Assembly (NCBI GenBank): GCA_013815345.1
Contig: JACDGK010000003.1
Location: forward strand, 18,897-82,896
Source of the DNA: Patescibacteria group bacterium
GTDB taxonomy: Bacteria; Patescibacteriota; Minisyncoccia; Phycocordibacterales; Phycocordibacteraceae
Length of the DNA stretch: 64,000 nucleotides
Direction of reading: 5' to 3'
Positions within the stretch are counted from its first letter, which is position 1. Every line of letters starts with the position of its first letter. Positions 58,850-64,000 of this stretch are shown here, piece by piece. The position numbers were made by a program, and so were the translations under genes. Under the pieces are notes generated by a model. The model was not told the origin of the DNA. It ran no database searches and saw only the letters and a list, made by a program, of their open reading frames with translations.

Positions 58850-60220
58850 ATGCCTCGCCGTATCTTCTTTGCGCTCGTTGTCGTTATCCTCGCCAGTCTT
58901 CTCGGTTGGTTTGTTCTGTCATCGAACGCTCCAAAATCACGTTTTGCGGTAAAGCTCGGGCTCGATCTTGCGGGCGGTACCGAGCTTATCTATAAAGCTG
59001 ATACCTCAAAGATTCTTGGCGACAAGACAAGCGCCCTTCAATCGCTTCGTGATGTTATTGATCGTCGAGTAAACCTTTTTGGTGTTGCCGAGCCACTTGT
59101 CCAGCTTGAATATGCGGGAGCCGTTTCTGGTCAGAAAGAAGATCGTCTTTTGGTAGATCTTCCGGGCGTCACGAATGTAAAAGCAGCGGTGGATGCGATC
59201 GGGCAGACGCCCGTGCTTGATTTCGAACTTGAAGGACCGCCAACGTCAAATGGAACAGGATCGAGCACCATCTCATTTACACCGACCGGACTTACAGGCG
59301 GCTATCTTAAAAATGCGCAGCTTCAATTTAGTAGCGGAAATGGTTCTGCGAGTGTGAATGCGCCGATAGTTGTTCTTAATTTTAATGATGCGGGAGCGAA
59401 ACTCTTCGAACAGATCACTAGCCAGAATGTCGGCCGCACGCTCGCCATATTTCTCGATGGGCAGCCGATCTCTGAGCCGGTCATCCAGCAGGCTATACCG
59501 GGCGGCACCGCGCAGATCACTGGACAATTTACGCCAACGCAAGCGCGAAGCCTAGTTCAAAATCTAAACTTCGGCGCGCTCCCTGTGCCTATCGCTCTTG
59601 AGTCGAGTGATACTGTCGGCCCGACGCTCGGTGCACAAGCTTTCCATGCCGGTCTTAAAGCCGCGGTCGTGGGCTTTATTCTCGTCGCACTTTTCATGAT
59701 TCTCTGGTACCGCGTGCCCGGTATTATTTCTGCGGTAGCGCTTATCATTTATCTTTTTATTACTATCGCGGTGATCAAAGTCGTGCCAATCACACTTACC
59801 GCTTCGGGTATTGCCGGATTCATTCTCTCCATTGGTCTCGCAGTAGATGCAAACGTGCTTATTTTTGAACGCTTCAAAGAAGAAGTACGCTCGGGTAAAG
59901 GTACACGCGAGTCAGCGAAGATCGGTTTCGGCCGTGCATGGCCTGCTATTCGCGATGGCCATCTCACGATGCTCATTTCGGCCTCCATTCTTTTCTGGCT
60001 TGGGACTTCGATCGTGCAGGGTTTTGCGCTTGTGTTCGGTTTTGGTGTGATTGCGTCGCTCATCTCAGCAGTCGGTATCTCACGCGTCTTTCTCCTCGCT
60101 GTCCTTCCTGAGCAAACAAAGGGAGCATGGCGCTTTTTGGTCGGCAGCGGATTCATGCAATCGAAAAATATTCCTGAGGTAACCACCGAAACCGCTCCGA
60201 CTAAGGCTAACAAACGCTAA
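58850..60220 (+). CDS. secD: Protein translocase subunit SecD
   Basis: LGLDLAGGTELIY, and the C-terminal TM bundle with ..LSIGLAVDANVLIFERFKEE. Confidence 0.9.
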   Translation: MPRRIFFALVVVILASLLGWFVLSSNAPKSRFAVKLGLDLAGGTELIYKADTSKILGDKTSALQSLRDVIDRRVNLFGVAEPLVQLEYAGAVSGQKEDRLLVDLPGVTNVKAAVDAIGQTPVLDFELEGPPTSNGTGSSTISFTPTGLTGGYLKNAQLQFSSGNGSASVNAPIVVLNFNDAGAKLFEQITSQNVGRTLAIFLDGQPISEPVIQQAIPGGTAQITGQFTPTQARSLVQNLNFGALPVPIALESSDTVGPTLGAQAFHAGLKAAVVGFILVALFMILWYRVPGIISAVALIIYLFITIAVIKVVPITLTASGIAGFILSIGLAVDANVLIFERFKEEVRSGKGTRESAKIGFGRAWPAIRDGHLTMLISASILFWLGTSIVQGFALVFGFGVIASLISAVGISRVFLLAVLPEQTKGAWRFLVGSGFMQSKNIPEVTTETAPTKANKR

Positions 60221-60221
60221 T

Positions 60222-61208
60222 ATGTATATCGTCAATCATCGTGGTCTCTTTTTTGCTATCACCGGCATCATCCTTGCGATTGCTGTCGGCGCAATTCTCT
60301 TTCTACACTTGCCGCTCTCGATCGACTTTACGGGTGGCTCGCTTGTTCAGGTCACGTATACCGCACCGCGTCCTGATACGGTGCTTCTCCAAAAAAATCT
60401 TGCGGCGCTCAATCTCGGCGAAGTATCGCTTTTGCCGAGTGGCACAAACGACGTAACCCTCCGCGCTCGTACCCTCACGCCAGCCGAACACACGCAAGCG
60501 CTCGCCGTACTCTCTGAAAATGGCAAAGCTGCTCTTACCGAGGACCGTTTCACTTCCATTGGTCCGTCGCTCGGCACGCAGCTCGGACAAAAGGCATTGT
60601 GGGCTATTCTCGCGGTTATCGTCGCCATCGTGCTTTACATCGCCTGGGCATTCCGTCGCGTTTCAAAACCAGTTTCATCGTGGATATATGGCGTTACGGT
60701 TGTTGCCATTCTCGTGCATGACATCATCATCCCGGCCGGTTTCTACGCTATTCTCGCTCACTTTACCGGCGCGCAAGTAGACTCGCTTTTTGCGGTTGCA
60801 TTGCTCGCTATCCTCGGGTATTCCGTGAATGATACGATCGTTATCTTTGATCGCGTGCGTGAACACCTCGCGCATAATATACGAGAGCACATCGTAGAAC
60901 CATTCGAAGAGACCGTGGGCAAATCCATCACTGAAACACTTGGGCGTTCCATCAATACCTCCCTTACCGTCGTGCTCGCGTTGCTCGCACTCGCTTTCGT
61001 GGGAAGTGCTGCAACCGTGAACTTTGCTATTGTGTTGCTTGTCGGTGTTGTGGCGGGCACGTATTCCTCGATTCTTCTCGCTGCACCGCTACTCGTGCCA
61101 CTTGCAAAAGCTTTTGCTAAAGACGCGAATATCAGCTTATCTGATAAGAAAGGATCGAAAGAGAAGAAAATGGTAAATAGAACAGAGAAGAAATCGGGAA
61201 AGAAATAA
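60222..61208 (+). CDS. secF: Protein translocase subunit SecF
   Basis: IDFTGGSLVQVTY and ..GYSVNDTIVIFDRVRE.. It sits immediately downstream of secD. Confidence 0.9.
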   Translation: MYIVNHRGLFFAITGIILAIAVGAILFLHLPLSIDFTGGSLVQVTYTAPRPDTVLLQKNLAALNLGEVSLLPSGTNDVTLRARTLTPAEHTQALAVLSENGKAALTEDRFTSIGPSLGTQLGQKALWAILAVIVAIVLYIAWAFRRVSKPVSSWIYGVTVVAILVHDIIIPAGFYAILAHFTGAQVDSLFAVALLAILGYSVNDTIVIFDRVREHLAHNIREHIVEPFEETVGKSITETLGRSINTSLTVVLALLALAFVGSAATVNFAIVLLVGVVAGTYSSILLAAPLLVPLAKAFAKDANISLSDKKGSKEKKMVNRTEKKSGKK

Positions 61209-61213
61209 AAGTC

Positions 61214-61759
61214 ATGATAATCGGTATTACCGGCACCAACGGGGCAGGGAAGGGTACGGTTGTTGAGTATCTTGTCCAGGAAAAAGGTTTTAAACACTAT
61301 TCGGCGCGAGAGTTTATTCTCGAAGAAACTCTTCGTCGCGGGGCGCCGAAAAACCGTGATTCGCTTCGCGATGTTGCAAATGAACTCCGTAAAATGCATG
61401 GTCCAGCGTATGTGGGCGAGCAGCTCCTCGCCCGAGCAAAAGAAGCGGGAGGGGGTGCTCTTATTGAATCAATCCGTACGGTGGGAGAAGCTGACTTTCT
61501 AAAATCTCACGGAGTACTCATTGGAGCGGTAGATGCGGATAGGCAGATACGATATGAACGGGTGGTAATTCGAGGATCAATGACGGACAAGGTTTCATTT
61601 GAAGAATTTTGTACACAAGAAGATCGAGAAATGGCTTCTATCGAACCGTGGGATATGAATATTTTTGGCGTTATGAAAATTGCAGACTTCACTCTTCTCA
61701 ACAACGGCACGATTGAAGAACTTCACGCGCAAATAGACGTGCTTTCCCTTTTTCAATAA
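61214..61759 (+). CDS. P-loop nucleotide kinase-like protein (dephospho-CoA-kinase / dNMP-kinase-like)
   Basis: Walker A IGITGTNGAGKGT. Length is 181 aa. The exact family is uncertain. Confidence 0.4.
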   Translation: MIIGITGTNGAGKGTVVEYLVQEKGFKHYSAREFILEETLRRGAPKNRDSLRDVANELRKMHGPAYVGEQLLARAKEAGGGALIESIRTVGEADFLKSHGVLIGAVDADRQIRYERVVIRGSMTDKVSFEEFCTQEDREMASIEPWDMNIFGVMKIADFTLLNNGTIEELHAQIDVLSLFQ

Positions 61760-62476
61760 TTAAGAAATAATGGTACCGATGAAAGGTTTTGCTGAAAGAT
61801 AATTATTGAATTCGTCGAGCTTGGCGCCATTGATGAGTGCGACTTCAAGACCGAGGGCTTCAGCTTCTTTCGCAGCAACGGGGTCAAAAGGGGAGGAGAG
61901 ACCTGGATCCCAGTGGTCAGGGATGATCGTACGGAACTCAGCCCATTTTATCTTTTCTATCTTTTGCGCGTCAGGAAATTTACGCGGATCTTTATCATAG
62001 ACGTAGTCGATATTGGAAAGATTTACGAGTTTTTTCGCTCCTAAATGTTTTGCTGCAAGAACGGCACAGTAGTCGGTAGACCAGCCAGGTTTCCACCCTG
62101 CACCAATGACGATCGGCGCGCGCGAATTTACGCGACGAGTCGGATTTTTAATGATGCGGGCCTGTGCATGTTCTTGAAAAAGAGTTCGCATGAGATGTGC
62201 GTTGAGGCGGGTGGAGTGAATACCAAGCCAATCCAGATCCTCGCGATTTAAATCGCCGCGAACTTCGTTCGCGGCATCTTGATACCGGCGTGCCGTTTTG
62301 CCGCCGCCGGTAATAATGAAAAAAGAGAGACCCTTTTCGACCTCAGTGAGAATGAAGGAACGAAATGTATTGAGAAACGTCGTATCGATCTCATCAGGAA
62401 CGATGAGTGAACCTCCTACGGACACGACCACATGCTCACGTTTCGTGCCAAAAGGTAATGTCGGTACAGATAACAT
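61760..62476 (-). CDS. pyrH: Uridylate (UMP) kinase, amino-acid-kinase fold
   Basis: VVSVGGSLI, ITGGGKTARRY, IGAGWKPGWSTD, and DYVYDKDP. Confidence 0.7.
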   Translation of the reverse strand: MLSVPTLPFGTKREHVVVSVGGSLIVPDEIDTTFLNTFRSFILTEVEKGLSFFIITGGGKTARRYQDAANEVRGDLNREDLDWLGIHSTRLNAHLMRTLFQEHAQARIIKNPTRRVNSRAPIVIGAGWKPGWSTDYCAVLAAKHLGAKKLVNLSNIDYVYDKDPRKFPDAQKIEKIKWAEFRTIIPDHWDPGLSSPFDPVAAKEAEALGLEVALINGAKLDEFNNYLSAKPFIGTIIS

Positions 62477-62639
62477 CGGCTAAGGTTTGACGGCTCTTCC
62501 TATTCTACTCTTTTGCCTCTTCCTGACAACTTGTGAAAAGTAAAAATCGTTTCGAAAAGATTGTTTGCCATATTACAAACCGAATGCTTAAATCTTCTCA
62601 GAGTTCTGAACTGGAGCACTCTAGCAGAAAGGCGCAGCG

Positions 62640-62918
62640 ATGACAAAGCTCGAGCTTGTACGCCTACACTCGCAGGGCCGGTATCTTTTGGGAACGTCAG
62701 ATACAAGTAAAGTAGATCTTCCGACCGATTCTGAATTGGAAGGGATTTACGAACAAGCAGCCGAAAAATATATCCGAAAAGGAAAACTAGTCATTATGAA
62801 ACGGGTTTTCCATGGATGTACGGTACAGATTCCGGGAGGCCTCCCTGCGTGGGTACTCCGGCATTTTAAGGAAGGGGTTGAAGAAGCGATCGTGTCTTCG
62901 AAAGTAGAAGCAGGCTAG
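62640..62918 (+). CDS. Hypothetical small protein
   Basis: ORF of 92 aa with no motif recognised. Confidence 0.3.
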   Translation: MTKLELVRLHSQGRYLLGTSDTSKVDLPTDSELEGIYEQAAEKYIRKGKLVIMKRVFHGCTVQIPGGLPAWVLRHFKEGVEEAIVSSKVEAG

Positions 62919-62983
62919 GGCGGTCATTCTATGGCCGCTCTCCTTCTTGTCGCCCAAGGCCTTATTCCAAGTCTTTTTAGGGC

Positions 62984-63012
62984 TTGACTCGACTATTCCG
63001 ACCACGTAGTAT
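62984..63012 (+). promoter_or_regulatory. Putative sigma-70 promoter for 16S rRNA
   Basis: TTGACT-N17-TAGTAT. The hairpin GCCCCCAAAAGGGGC plus a U-tract lies ~10 nt downstream, and the 16S 5' end is ~140 nt downstream. Confidence 0.4.
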
Positions 63013-63152
63013 AGGTAATACCGCCCCCAAAAGGGGCTGGGGTTTTGTTTGCTCCGAGGAATAGTTTTGGAGCAAGTTCATTGACAACTACATAGTTCAA
63101 ATTAGACGAGAACCAAGAGAAGTGTTTTCTTGTGTTCCGCCTATTCTTAATG

Positions 63153-64000
<848 letters not shown>

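Overview
This 64 kb window looks like a small-genome, likely CPR/Parcubacteria-like bacterium, though that lineage call is an inference. Coding density is high and is mostly housekeeping: four aminoacyl-tRNA synthetases, ribosomal proteins, recA, ftsK, secDF and the secE-nusG-rplK cluster. There is a folate/thymidylate block (5-FCL, folA, a CYTH protein, dcd, thyA, glyA, and folD further on) and a cell-envelope glycan cluster (SEDS protein, GT1, sugar phosphotransferase, epimerase). Five tRNAs are present (Ser-TGA, Arg-GCG, Val-TAC, Leu-GAG, His-GTG). The rRNA layout is non-canonical: a 23S rRNA interrupted by two group I introns, one carrying a LAGLIDADG endonuclease, then 5S, then a 16S rRNA gene starting about 11 kb downstream on the same strand. 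The most unusual observations are these:
- a roughly 190 aa histidine-phosphatase (PGAM-like RHG) domain is inserted in-frame into the catalytic core of ileS;
- a free-standing double-motif LAGLIDADG endonuclease abuts tRNA-Leu;
- two GC3-rich islets with foreign-looking composition are present, one lying between two tRNAs and one carrying a +1 frameshifted gene;
- a CACTTAGG loop motif recurs in four terminator hairpins;
- both rRNA promoters are TTGAC[AT]-N17-TA[GT][TA][AC]T and share a CCGCCCC..AAGGGG leader hairpin;
- two type II toxin-antitoxin pairs are present, AbrB-RelE with a perfect operator palindrome and HicB-HicA.
No CRISPR array, integrase or transposase was seen.
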